Shown here: in pieces, positions 41,411 to 51,435 of the stretch
Layout: every line of letters starts with the position of its first letter
Position numbering within the stretch: the stretch's first letter is position 1
Assembly: GCA_045863295.1 (NCBI GenBank)
Contig: BTWA01000013.1
Span: forward strand, 32,001-96,000
DNA length: 64,000 nucleotides
Origin: Candidatus Hydrogenedentota bacterium
GTDB taxonomy: Bacteria > Hydrogenedentota > Hydrogenedentia > Hydrogenedentales > SLHB01
Reading direction: 5' to 3'
Notes under the pieces: generated by a model
Databases searched by the model: none
Told to the model about the DNA's origin: nothing
What the model saw: only the letters and a program-made list of their open reading frames with translations
Made by a program: the position numbers and the translations under genes

Positions 41411-42112
41411 ATGCGTTTCAATGACAGAGGGGGCACTCTTCCCGTCGTGGCGAACACTGAATCCGACACACCGGTTGGCACACTAGCCGCGCCGTTGGCC
41501 AAGGTGCGCCGCTGGCGGCGGCTGGGGTGCGTGACTGCGGTATCGCCGGCGGTTGCGATAGCGCTGCTGGCTTGTTTCGAAGCGCTGTATGTGGCAACGC
41601 GGAGCGGCCTGCCGCTGACCGATCAAGACAAGGGGATTTTGCTCTATTCAGCAACGCTGGAGTCCAAGGGGTTCAAGTTCGATCATCGAGAAACCTTCGA
41701 AGATATCGAAAAGGAGCGGCGGTTCTTTGGATTGCTTCACCGGTTGGAGTACGAGTTCCATCCCCCGAAGACCAGCTATCCATTTCTGGATATTTACGAG
41801 ACCGTGTATGTCTGCCACTGGCCGTTGCCTGTGCGTTGGGTGATGCGGATACACGATCGCCGGGTGATACAGGCGTACGACGACGACGATACGGAAATCG
41901 TGCCTCATAACGCGTTTTTTCAATTTGGAGACGAGTCCACGTTTTACGACATTTATGACGAGAGCCGCAAGGTGGGTCACTACATGCATGCCCGCCTGGG
42001 TGACAAGTCGTTTGCACTGGGGGTCGTGGGCGTCGTATGCGAAACGCCCGAGGAATGGGAGGCGCTGATCGGCTCCCGTCTTGCGCTGTTTGAAACCTAC
42101 CGCCCGGAATAG
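41411..42112 (+). CDS. hypothetical membrane-anchored protein
   Basis: Co-oriented ORF filling the gap between the GS-like and SDR genes; one N-terminal TM segment. Confidence 0.55.
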   Translation: MRFNDRGGTLPVVANTESDTPVGTLAAPLAKVRRWRRLGCVTAVSPAVAIALLACFEALYVATRSGLPLTDQDKGILLYSATLESKGFKFDHRETFEDIEKERRFFGLLHRLEYEFHPPKTSYPFLDIYETVYVCHWPLPVRWVMRIHDRRVIQAYDDDDTEIVPHNAFFQFGDESTFYDIYDESRKVGHYMHARLGDKSFALGVVGVVCETPEEWEALIGSRLALFETYRPE

Positions 42113-42140
42113 GGCGATGCAGCATAGAAAGGACATAGTC

Positions 42141-42899
42141 ATGCGTTTGAAAGACAAGGTGGCCATCATAACTGGAGCTGGCATGGGCATGGGGCGCGAG
42201 GCCTCGATGCTGTTCGCGAGCGAAGGGGCCAAGGTGATCGTATTCGACCTGAATGCGCAAGCCGCCCAGGAAACGGTCGAGGCCATTCGGGCAGCCGGAG
42301 GCGAGGCCACCGCGCACGTGGGCGATGTAAGCAAGGAAGCCGATGTGAAGGCGTCCGTGGAGAAGGCCGTCGCCACCTATGGGAAGGTGCACATTTTATA
42401 TGCAAATGCTGGAGTGCTCTGGAAAGATCGCGACAAGTCCGTGATCGAAACCACGGAAGAAAACTGGGACATCGTTCAGGCGATAAACCTGAAAGGTCCA
42501 TTCTTCCTCACGAAATACGGAATCCCTGCGATTAAGAAAGCCGGTGGCGGTTCCATCATACTTGTGGGTTCCATCAGTGCGCTGGCCGGCTTTACATTGG
42601 CGCAGGATTCCTATACCTGCGCCAAAGGCGCGCTCATCTCGCTGACAAAATCGCTGGCCATCCAATTCGCGCCGGATCAGGTCCGATGCAACATTATTCA
42701 CCCAGGGTTCATAGACACGCCCTTGCAGGCACCGTATTTGAACGACGACAAGCGCAAGGCCATCGCCGGCGAGATTCCGATGCGCAGGCTGGGCAATGCC
42801 CGCGACATTGCCAACGCGGCGTTGTTCCTGGCATCGGACGAATCGAGCTGGATGACCGGCGCGGAAATGGTGGTCGATGGCGGTTTCCTGGCGATGTAG
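42141..42899 (+). CDS. SDR family oxidoreductase
   Basis: TGAGMGMG, ANAG, YTCAK (YxxxK), PGFIDT, VDGG. Confidence 0.93.
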   Translation: MRLKDKVAIITGAGMGMGREASMLFASEGAKVIVFDLNAQAAQETVEAIRAAGGEATAHVGDVSKEADVKASVEKAVATYGKVHILYANAGVLWKDRDKSVIETTEENWDIVQAINLKGPFFLTKYGIPAIKKAGGGSIILVGSISALAGFTLAQDSYTCAKGALISLTKSLAIQFAPDQVRCNIIHPGFIDTPLQAPYLNDDKRKAIAGEIPMRRLGNARDIANAALFLASDESSWMTGAEMVVDGGFLAM

Positions 42900-42929
42900 T
42901 GTAACCGGGGATTCGTGCTGCGTTTCCTG

Positions 42930-43193
42930 TTAAGGCATGAGGTATCTGCCGATGACAGGCAAGAGCAACCCGAACGCAAGCCAAATCATGGAGTAGATAA
43001 TGGCGAACTTCGCGGCGACTGGAGATTGTCTCCGCAGTAACCAGCCGGAAATACATCCAAAGGCCACGGAAAGGATCCAGAAGGTGTCATCAGCGGCAAG
43101 CTGAATTCCAATGCCTACTATCGCGAAACACCAGATGGGCATACACCCGAGGAAGAGCGTTGAGAATAGTCTGGGCTTTGCGATCACGGCCAA
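42930..43193 (-). CDS. small membrane protein (3 predicted TM helices)
   Basis: Hydrophobic 87-aa ORF with GGAG upstream. Confidence 0.45.
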   Translation of the reverse strand: MAVIAKPRLFSTLFLGCMPIWCFAIVGIGIQLAADDTFWILSVAFGCISGWLLRRQSPVAAKFAIIYSMIWLAFGLLLPVIGRYLMP

Positions 43194-43222
43194 GACTCCA
43201 GTCCGAGACGTATAATTGCAGC

Positions 43223-43258
43223 ATCGCCCTCAATTCAGATTTCTGAGTTGAGGGCGAT
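43223..43258. terminator. stem-loop downstream of the HEAT-repeat gene
   Basis: ATCGCCCTCAATTCAGA/TCTGAGTTGAGGGCGAT inverted repeat; weak U-tract. Confidence 0.5.
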
Positions 43259-43276
43259 TCAGATTATTATGAGTCT

Positions 43277-44056
43277 TTACATCTTCAAGTGCGTCTCGAC
43301 CCCACTCAGACCAATACGTGCAGCTTCGGCCACGGAATCGTCGTGCTGCTCGAGCGTGAACATATTGCTCAGATGGCGATAAATCTTCCTGGCCAATTCC
43401 ACATTTCCCGTGCGCACCAAATCTTCACACGCAACAAGTGTGGCATGATCCGTTCTAAACGATGTTTTGCGCCTTAATTTAAACAGGACTTTTGCGGCGG
43501 GAGCGCCAATACGTCCTAACGCCGCAACGGCGGCGTCTGATGTCGCTTTGTCCTGATGTAGCACCAGTTTCGCAAGGGGTTTTACGGCTTCCTCTGTTCG
43601 CCGATCTCCCAGGGTATTCACGATCCCAATGCGAACGGCGCCCACGGTTTCATCCAGTGCGTCCAGCAAAGCGGCATCCACTGCGGATCCTGGAATGCGT
43701 TCCAGAGCAAATCTTGCCGCGTTTGCCGTCGATTCTTCGCCGAGCAGCGGGGCCAGCGCGGGCACATGCTCGGCACTTCCAATCAGCGCCAGTTGCCTGC
43801 AGGCAAATTGCTTTCCATCAAACGTCGCATCGGCGTCGTCGAGCGTGTCCGCGAACAGGTTTGCGAGGCCACGGCTTTCGTCGGGATTGTCCAGCACGGA
43901 TTGGACCCAGGCTTCGGCCTGAATAAGTGGGACGCGGCTGTCGCCGAACTTGTGCGTCTTGATTTGCGTCAACAGATCCTGAGTAGCGTCGGCCATAGCG
44001 GAAACCGCCATTAATGCGCCGGTGGCCACTGCGCACATAACTCTCAGTCGCTTCAT
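43277..44056 (-). CDS. secreted HEAT-repeat protein
   Basis: Signal peptide; ACRQLALIG, ARFALERIPG, IVNTLGDR, AALGRIG repeats. Confidence 0.8.
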   Translation of the reverse strand: MKRLRVMCAVATGALMAVSAMADATQDLLTQIKTHKFGDSRVPLIQAEAWVQSVLDNPDESRGLANLFADTLDDADATFDGKQFACRQLALIGSAEHVPALAPLLGEESTANAARFALERIPGSAVDAALLDALDETVGAVRIGIVNTLGDRRTEEAVKPLAKLVLHQDKATSDAAVAALGRIGAPAAKVLFKLRRKTSFRTDHATLVACEDLVRTGNVELARKIYRHLSNMFTLEQHDDSVAEAARIGLSGVETHLKM

Positions 44057-44124
44057 CGTCGTATCTCCCAAGTCGGCCGCGCGGGCCATCGCGATGGTTT
44101 TCAGTTGCAGCATTTGCACGTGGC

Positions 44125-45471
44125 CTACAAGTGCCAGGGTCCGCGCATGGCGCGGTCGAGCAACCGGGTTGCCTGTGCGTCGTTTACAAACTGTTCCGTG
44201 CCCGCATCCCAGTTTACTTTACGCCCGAGTTTCATGGCGATGTTGCCCAGGTGAGCAATACTGATGGCGAAGTGCGCGGGCGCAATCGGTGTAACGGTTT
44301 GTTCGCGGCTGCGCATGCAGTCGATAAAATTCTGCGCATGATTGTCGCTCTTGACCAACTTCACTTCATTCTCGCCGATGACTTCATTGAGAATGCCGGC
44401 GGGATCCGCTTGCAGCGTATCTCCACGATCGACGAAGACCCAGCCCTTGTCGCCTTCGAACCGGGTGCCCATGGGAAAACTGTTGGATACGAGCATCGTG
44501 AATCCGTCAGGCGCGACGGGACTCGCACCCGGTGCGTATTTGCATTCCAACATATAGTTGATGGCCGTGTTGTACAATCCATCCCTTGGGAATTCGCCCT
44601 TTCCTTCGACCGTTACCGGTCCGGTCAACTCGGTGCCCATGCCCCAGTTGGCAATGTCGCAGTGGTGCGCGGCCCAATCTGTCAATTGACCGCCGGAGTA
44701 ATCGAGAATCCAGCGGAAGTTCCAGTGGCAGCGCTTTTCTGTATACGGGGCTTCAGGTGCGGGTCCCAGCCAGAAGTCGTAATTGAATCCCTCGGGGATA
44801 GGCATCGCCGGTTGCGGATCGATGGCGTGTCCGGTGGGTAGCCCCACTTTCACGGTGTGGACTTTTCCGATGCGCCCGTTTCGCACCAACTCGCAGCCGC
44901 GATGAAAGTTGGCTTTGGAACGTTGCCAACTGCCGGTTTGCCAGACGATGCCATAGCGGTGCACGGCGTCGACCATGGCGCGTCCTTGTGGAATGGTGAG
45001 GGCGAGCGGCTTCTCCGCGTAGATATCAAGCCCTTTTTTTGCGGCCGCAATGGCGGGAATGGCGTGCCAGTGGTCCGGCACGGCGATCGAAACGCAATCC
45101 AAATCACCGCGATCGAGGAGTTCGCGAAAATCTTCGTGCGTGGCGCATCCATCCGTGCTGTACGCCTGGTTCACAATGTTTTTCGCCTCGTCACGGCGTT
45201 TGCCGTCGACGTCGCACACGGCAATAATTTGCAGGTCCTTGAAGTTCAGGAACCCTTTCATATTGCCGGAACCCTGGCTGCCTACGCCGATGCAGCCCAT
45301 GGTGAACCGTTCGCTGGGGGCTGTAGCGCCATTCAGTCCGAGCGCGGATCCGGGAATGATGTACGGAAATCCCATAGCCGTCGCGGTGGCAGTGGCCGTT
45401 CGTTTCAGAAACGCTCGGCGCTTGAGCCCGCCTCGTCTTGTGGCAGAGCTCGTTCGTTCATTCAGATCCAT
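44125..45471 (-). CDS. Tat-exported Gfo/Idh/MocA oxidoreductase
   Basis: KRRAFLK Tat motif; IGVGSQG, VPDHWH, YAEKP, DYSGGQLTDWAAHHCD. Confidence 0.92.
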   Translation of the reverse strand: MDLNERTSSATRRGGLKRRAFLKRTATATATAMGFPYIIPGSALGLNGATAPSERFTMGCIGVGSQGSGNMKGFLNFKDLQIIAVCDVDGKRRDEAKNIVNQAYSTDGCATHEDFRELLDRGDLDCVSIAVPDHWHAIPAIAAAKKGLDIYAEKPLALTIPQGRAMVDAVHRYGIVWQTGSWQRSKANFHRGCELVRNGRIGKVHTVKVGLPTGHAIDPQPAMPIPEGFNYDFWLGPAPEAPYTEKRCHWNFRWILDYSGGQLTDWAAHHCDIANWGMGTELTGPVTVEGKGEFPRDGLYNTAINYMLECKYAPGASPVAPDGFTMLVSNSFPMGTRFEGDKGWVFVDRGDTLQADPAGILNEVIGENEVKLVKSDNHAQNFIDCMRSREQTVTPIAPAHFAISIAHLGNIAMKLGRKVNWDAGTEQFVNDAQATRLLDRAMRGPWHL

Positions 45472-45804
45472 GGATGCGTCCCTCTCCCGTAAGACGTGAT
45501 GGTGAAAACCCCACACCGTGCGGCGGTGCCGCTTAACCGATCGCCCGGGCATTGTTGACTTCAATGCCGCCAATTTCAAGTTTTGTCCAGGTGCCGGTGC
45601 CCTGTACTCGTTTGGGCTGGCGACGCGTAGGAATCAGCCAAAATTCGGGCGAATGCGTCACCTGTTCTACCGAGGTTCGAAAATGAGTTTTGCCGCACTT
45701 GAGGCATGAGCTTTGACTTCACTCAGCAGGGAGCATGTTCTGCAAAGGTTCGCAAGTTGCTTGGTTATAAATGGTTACGTTGGTGCGTCTGCGAGTGCGT
45801 GTCG

Positions 45805-45821
45805 TTGGCACAACAGTTGCT
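45805..45821 (+). promoter_or_regulatory. sigma54 promoter of the degP/degQ gene
   Basis: TTGGCAC-AACAG-TTGCT about 90 bp upstream of the ATG. Confidence 0.7.
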
Positions 45822-45908
45822 CAACCCGCAGGTATCGCAACGGGCGAATGGAATGCCCGGCTATCCGTGTTTAGTCAGAATAGAAAAACACACTCCAAAG
45901 GAGGAACG

Positions 45909-47405
45909 ATGTATACATTCTTGCAATCCAGAGCGAGACAAGCGCGCTGGCTGGCCGTGACCGGACTGGTGGCGGCATCCGTCTGGGGTTTGTCTGCGGT
46001 GGCTCCTGTCAGTGGACAAGAAAATCCCGACGCGGCGATATCCCAATTGAAAGTCTTGAACGACGGATTTGCTCACGTGGCGGAGCGCACCTCTCCCGCT
46101 GTTGTGTTCATTAGTGTGGAGAAGAACATGAGTGGTGCGCCGGCGAGTCAAGGGTTGCCGCCCGGCGCCGAGGAATTCTTTCGACGGTTCTTCGGGCCTG
46201 ATTTTCAAGTGCCTGAAAACCGTGGATCCGGTCAACCGCAAGGCGATCGGCTGGTTCCGTATGGGCAGGGATCGGGTTTCATCATCTCCGCCGATGGCTA
46301 TATCCTGACCAATCACCACGTCGTGGGCGATGCCGACAAAGTGGAAGTGAAATTGGAAGATGGCCGTGAGTTCACTGCCAAGCTGATCGGCACCGATCCG
46401 CAAACTGAAATTGCGCTTATTAAGATTGACGCTACCGGCTTGCCGTATCTCGCGCTCGGTGATTCCGATCGCTTGCGCGTTGGTGAGTGGGTGGTGGCCG
46501 TTGGCAATCCCTTTGGCCTGGAACATACGGTCACCGCGGGCATTGTAAGCGCGCGTGGCCGCGGCAGCGTGGGTATCGTGGACTACGGCGACTTCATTCA
46601 AACCGATGCGTCCATCAACATGGGCAACTCGGGCGGTCCGCTCGTCAATCTCGATGGCGAAGTGGTGGGTATGAACACGGCCATTTTCAGCCGCACCGGC
46701 GGCAGCGTCGGCATTGGATTCGCCATTCCCGCAAACATGTTGAAATACGTTGAATCGCAGCTACGCGATTCCGGAAGCGTGACGCGCGGATTCCTGGGCG
46801 TTGGCATCCAGGATTTGACGCCGGACCTTGCGCGGTGGTTTAACGTCGCCGAAGGCAAAGGTGTCTTGGTGACGGATGTGCAACCGGATTCACCGGCGGC
46901 TCAGGCCGGCCTGCAGCGTGACGACGTCATTGTCGATTTCGATGGTCGTCCGGTGGGCGAAGTCCGTTCCTTCCGGAGCCGGGTTGCCTCTACATCGCCG
47001 GGCACGGACGTCTCGCTAACCATTGTGCGCGAAGGACAACGGGAGTCCAAGGCGATCAAGGTGGGCACGCTCAACGCCACGGAAATGGCCAGTGTCACCA
47101 CTCCCGATGGCGGACAGGCGTCCATTGAGTTGGGTCTGAATGTGCAGGACTTGTCCGGCGAAATTGCTTCCCAACTGGGCTACGAGGGCGACTCCGGTGT
47201 TGTTGTGACCGCGGTGAAGCCGGGATCGGCCGCGGAGTCGAGCGGAATCAACAAGGGCGACTTGATTCAAGAGGTGAACCGGACACCGGTCAAAAGCGTG
47301 AACGAATTCCGGGAAGCGGTGAAGAATTCGGACAAAGCCCGCGGCGTGCTTCTCCTTGTGAAAAGGGGAGATTCCGCCATGTACATTCCGCTAGAATTGC
47401 AGTAA
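45909..47405 (+). CDS. Do/DegQ family serine endoprotease with two PDZ domains
   Basis: GSGFII, TNHHVV, IQTDASINMGNSGGPL, two PDZ domains; GGAGGA RBS. Confidence 0.95.
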   Translation: MYTFLQSRARQARWLAVTGLVAASVWGLSAVAPVSGQENPDAAISQLKVLNDGFAHVAERTSPAVVFISVEKNMSGAPASQGLPPGAEEFFRRFFGPDFQVPENRGSGQPQGDRLVPYGQGSGFIISADGYILTNHHVVGDADKVEVKLEDGREFTAKLIGTDPQTEIALIKIDATGLPYLALGDSDRLRVGEWVVAVGNPFGLEHTVTAGIVSARGRGSVGIVDYGDFIQTDASINMGNSGGPLVNLDGEVVGMNTAIFSRTGGSVGIGFAIPANMLKYVESQLRDSGSVTRGFLGVGIQDLTPDLARWFNVAEGKGVLVTDVQPDSPAAQAGLQRDDVIVDFDGRPVGEVRSFRSRVASTSPGTDVSLTIVREGQRESKAIKVGTLNATEMASVTTPDGGQASIELGLNVQDLSGEIASQLGYEGDSGVVVTAVKPGSAAESSGINKGDLIQEVNRTPVKSVNEFREAVKNSDKARGVLLLVKRGDSAMYIPLELQ

Positions 47406-47417
47406 CAGATTTCGCAA

Positions 47418-47449
47418 CGGCCCACTCCCGGATTCCCGGGAGTGGGCCG
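47418..47449 (+). terminator. 14-bp hairpin after degP/degQ
   Basis: CGGCCCACTCCCGG-ATTC-CCGGGAGTGGGCCG followed by CTTGTT. Confidence 0.65.
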
Positions 47450-47477
47450 CTTGTTGCGCAAGACGAAAGGTTGGGAC

Positions 47478-48467
47478 ATGACGGTTGACGTGCGGGAGAT
47501 GGGGGAACGTGTTCAGCGGGAAGGCGCTGCACTGGATCGGGTCAGGTCTGAGATTGGGAAGGTCATAGTCGGGCAGCACGATCTGGTCGAGCGGCTTGTC
47601 ATGGCGCTTCTTTGCAATCAGCACGTCTTGATCGAAGGAGTTCCCGGCTTGGCCAAGACCCTAGCCGTCACGACTCTTGCGCGCGTCCTGCAGTGCACTT
47701 TTCACCGCATACAATTCACGCCGGATCTTCTGCCCGCGGACATTGTCGGTACACTCATTTACAATCCCAAGGACAACGGATTTGTCGTACGCAAGGGGCC
47801 GGTGTTCGCAAATATTATCCTGGCCGATGAAATTAACCGTGCTCCGGCCAAGGTGCAAAGCGCGTTGTTGGAGGCCATGCAGGAGCGGCAAGTCACCATT
47901 GGCGACGCCAGTTATGCATTGGAAGAACCCTTCCTGGTGCTCGCGACGCAGAATCCCATCGAGCAAGAAGGCACGTATCCGTTGCCTGAAGCCCAGGTGG
48001 ACCGGTTCATGTTCAAACTGAAAGTCACGTATCCGACAAAGAACGACGAACGTGAGATTATTCGCCGTATGGCCAAAGCCAGGGCGGACGTGACGGTCGC
48101 GCCCATTATTTCGCCCAACGACATTCTCGCATTGCGCGCGTTGGCGGACAGCATCTACATGGACGAGAAGCTTGAGGAGTATATTGTCAATATTGTCGAC
48201 TGCACACGGTATCCCGGCAACTATGGCTTGAAGATTGGCACGTTAATCCGGTACGGAGCCTCTCCGCGCGCCACGTTGTTTCTGGTGATGGCGGCGCGCG
48301 CACACGCGCTGGTGCGAGGACGCGGGTACGTGACGCCGCAAGATGTGAAATCCGTCGCGATGGACGTGCTGCGTCACCGCGTAATCTTGACGTACGAAGC
48401 CGAAGCCGAAGAAAAATCCTCTGAGGACCTGATAAAGCAGATTCTGGATACGGTCGAAGTCCCATGA
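47478..48467 (+). CDS. moxR: MoxR family AAA+ ATPase
   Basis: EGVPGLAKT, RIQFTPDLLPAD, DEINRAPAKVQSALLEAMQE, ATQNPIEQEGTYPLPEAQVDRF. Confidence 0.95.
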   Translation: MTVDVREMGERVQREGAALDRVRSEIGKVIVGQHDLVERLVMALLCNQHVLIEGVPGLAKTLAVTTLARVLQCTFHRIQFTPDLLPADIVGTLIYNPKDNGFVVRKGPVFANIILADEINRAPAKVQSALLEAMQERQVTIGDASYALEEPFLVLATQNPIEQEGTYPLPEAQVDRFMFKLKVTYPTKNDEREIIRRMAKARADVTVAPIISPNDILALRALADSIYMDEKLEEYIVNIVDCTRYPGNYGLKIGTLIRYGASPRATLFLVMAARAHALVRGRGYVTPQDVKSVAMDVLRHRVILTYEAEAEEKSSEDLIKQILDTVEVP

Positions 48468-49348
48468 TTCCCGCGGAACTTGCCAAGAAAGTACGCTACA
48501 TTCAGATATACACCAGTAAGGCCGTCAACGATGTGCTTGCGGGTGAGTATCACAGTGTATTTAAAGGGCGGGGGATGGAATTCGATGAAGTCCGCGAGTA
48601 TGTGCCCGGTGACGAGATTCGCACAATTGACTGGAACGTCACCGCCCGCACGGGCCGGCCGCATGTAAAGCGGTATCGCGAAGAACGCGAGCTGACGCTC
48701 ATGTTGCTGGTCGATTTGTCGGCCTCTCAGCATTTTGGGGCCGTGCAGCGTCTCAAAAACGAAGTGGCGACGGAACTGTGCGCACTACTTGCTTTCTCGG
48801 CGATCAAGAACAACGACAAAGTGGGCCTTGTCGTATTCACGGACGAAATCGAACTGTACATTCCGCCGAAGAAGGGCACTTCGCACGTATTGAGAGTAAT
48901 TCGGGATTTGCTCGCCTTTGCGCCCCGGCGAAAAGGTACCAATATCGCCCTTGCGCTGGATTTCCTGGGCCGTGTCGTTTCAAAGCGGTGCGTTACGTTT
49001 CTTATATCGGACTTCATTGGATCGGGATACGACCGATCGTTGCGTGTGGTCGCGCGCCGGCACGATCTGGTTGCCGTTACCGTGACCGATCCGCGCGAGA
49101 GCCACTTGCCCAAGGTGGGAATGGCAACTGTCGAGGATGCCGAAACGGGCGAGACATGGCTTCTGGATACTTCGAGTGCCGCCGTGCGATCCCGGTACGA
49201 GGCGGCGGCACGAGCGCGTGCGGCGCAACTGCGGGATTTGTTTGTCGCGATTGGTATAGACCACATTTCGGCTCATACGAATCGCGACTATGTGCGTGAC
49301 CTCGTCACGTTTTTCCGGCGGCGCGAGCGTCGCATGGAACACGGCTGA
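48464..49348 (+). CDS. DUF58 domain protein
   Basis: GRGMEFDEVREYVPGDEIRTIDWNVTAR, EEREL, ISDF. Confidence 0.93.
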   Translation: MIPAELAKKVRYIQIYTSKAVNDVLAGEYHSVFKGRGMEFDEVREYVPGDEIRTIDWNVTARTGRPHVKRYREERELTLMLLVDLSASQHFGAVQRLKNEVATELCALLAFSAIKNNDKVGLVVFTDEIELYIPPKKGTSHVLRVIRDLLAFAPRRKGTNIALALDFLGRVVSKRCVTFLISDFIGSGYDRSLRVVARRHDLVAVTVTDPRESHLPKVGMATVEDAETGETWLLDTSSAAVRSRYEAAARARAAQLRDLFVAIGIDHISAHTNRDYVRDLVTFFRRRERRMEHG

Positions 49349-49362
49349 TTGGGACGCCTGAT

Positions 49363-50377
49363 CATGCAATCCCTAGCCATGGCAACCAGCCGCCATTTTT
49401 TCGCATGTGCCGCCATTTGGTGCTTCATGGCGGGCGCCTTGAACGGGTGTGCCAAGCAGAATTCCGCCATTGCTGTTTCCGCGTTTGAAACGCAACAGAC
49501 GGTCGAAGACGGGCCCCATTCTCTGGAAGTCGCGTTGGACCAAAAGTCGCTCACGGTGGCGCAGACCGTGAGTCTCAAGCTGACCGCGCGCACGACGGAA
49601 CTTTATCGCGTGCAGTGGCCCGCGCCCTCGGAGAAGCTGGGCGATTTCTCCGCGTCGAGTCCGTTGACCAACGAGCCAAAGTTGGAGAGCGACGGCCGTA
49701 CCGTGCAGGAGTGGCGCGTCGTGCTTACGCCGTTTCTACCCGGCGAGTACGCGATACCGGCGATTTCCGTAACGTATACTAGAGCCAACGGAGAGCCCGC
49801 ATCTACACTATCCACCGAAGCGTTTACCCTCCCGGTCGCTTCCGTTCTGCCTGCGGGGAACGACAACCCAAGTCTGGTCGAAAGCCTCATTCCGTTTTCG
49901 CTTCCCGCCGCCATGTCGTTGCGGCCCTGGTTTACGGGTGCGGCCGTCCTTGCATTGATCGCAGTAAGCTTGATGTGGATGAGGCGAACACGGTTAAAGC
50001 CGACGCCGCAAATTCCAGCGCATGTAAGGGCTCTTCGAGAACTTGAGTTGCTGTTGCGGGAAGGTCTCACCGATCGCGGCGAGTTCAAGTATTTCTACAT
50101 TCGAATCGCCGAAATAGTCCGCCGGTTTGTAGAAGATCGCTACCATTTACACGCGCATGATCGCACGACCGAGGAATTCTTGGAATCGCTTCGGACAACC
50201 CAGTCCCTGAGCGGCCAGCAAAAACTATTGCTGAAGGAGTTTCTATCCCATTGCGATTTGGTTAAGTTTGCGAAGATGAGACCTACAATTGAGGAGATAG
50301 AGCAAACCACGGACTCGTGCCGGAGGTTCATCCAGGATTCCGCCGCCAGGGACGCGGCAGAAGCAGGTGCGCCATGA
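49363..50377 (+). CDS. membrane protein of the Bat operon (DUF4381-like)
   Basis: Position in the MoxR-DUF58-X-BatA synteny; TM helix followed by TTEEFL and DLVKFAK. Confidence 0.75.
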
Positions 50378-51435
50378 TGCGTTTTGCCGCTCCCTGGATG
50401 CTCTTTGCGCTTCTGATTGTGCCGGTTTATATCTATTGGCAACTTTGGCGAAACCCTTCGTCCGGCATTCGGATTTCCTCGGCGGCCATTGCGCGCGCGG
50501 CTGGGTCGTCATGGCGGCGCAGGTTGCACCGGCTTCCGTTGATTTTGCGTTCCCTTTGCCTTGCACTGATTATCCTGGCCCTGGCGCGTCCGCAACATGG
50601 CCAGGAGCGCATGCGGGAAATCACGGAAGGGGTGGCCATCGAGATGGTGGTGGATCGATCCGGCAGCATGCGCGCGGAGATGGACTTCAAGGGACAGCGA
50701 TATACCCGTCTGGATGTCGTCAAGCATGTATTCTACGAATTTGTGCATGGCGATCAGGCGGGATTGCAGGGCCGTCCGAATGATCTGGTCGGGTTGGTTG
50801 CCTTTGCGCGCCATGCCGAGACCATGTGTCCGCTCACGTTGAGTCACGAGGCGCTGTCCGAGTTTCTAAAGGCGACACAATTGGCGCTGCGCCGTGAAGA
50901 AGACGGGACGGCGATAGGCGACGGCATTGCACTCGCCGCGGCGCGCCTGAAAACCGCCGAGGAAACGGTTGCGAAACAGGATAAGAAAGGCGATGCGTCC
51001 AACTACGTAATCAAGAGCAAAATCATCATTCTGTTGACAGACGGTATTCACAACGCGGGAAAGCGATCTCCGATGGAGTCGGCCGAGCTTGCCTCGCAGT
51101 GGGGAATCAAGATCTACACCATTGGCGTGGGGGGCGACGGCGTGACCGGCATTCAAACGCCCTTTGGCATGTTTCAGGCTCCTACAGGCCGCGAGTTGGA
51201 TGAGGCCATGTTACAGGAAATCGCGAACAAGACGGGTGGTATCTACCGTCGCGCGGACGATGCGGAGTCGCTTGTGGAAATATATAAAGAGATTGACCGC
51301 CTCGAACGCACCGAAATACAGGCCGATCGCTTCTTCGATTACCGGGAGTTGTTTGCAGGTTTCGTAAAGGCCGCGCTCGTCTTTCTGGGCCTCGAATTGT
51401 TGCTTTCTACCACCGTACTGCGGAAAATCCCATGA
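50374..51435 (+). CDS. batA: BatA-like VWA domain protein
   Basis: ALARPQ, DRSGSM (MIDAS), DGTAIGDG, LLTDG, IYTIGVG. Confidence 0.88.
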   Translation: MMRFAAPWMLFALLIVPVYIYWQLWRNPSSGIRISSAAIARAAGSSWRRRLHRLPLILRSLCLALIILALARPQHGQERMREITEGVAIEMVVDRSGSMRAEMDFKGQRYTRLDVVKHVFYEFVHGDQAGLQGRPNDLVGLVAFARHAETMCPLTLSHEALSEFLKATQLALRREEDGTAIGDGIALAAARLKTAEETVAKQDKKGDASNYVIKSKIIILLTDGIHNAGKRSPMESAELASQWGIKIYTIGVGGDGVTGIQTPFGMFQAPTGRELDEAMLQEIANKTGGIYRRADDAESLVEIYKEIDRLERTEIQADRFFDYRELFAGFVKAALVFLGLELLLSTTVLRKIP

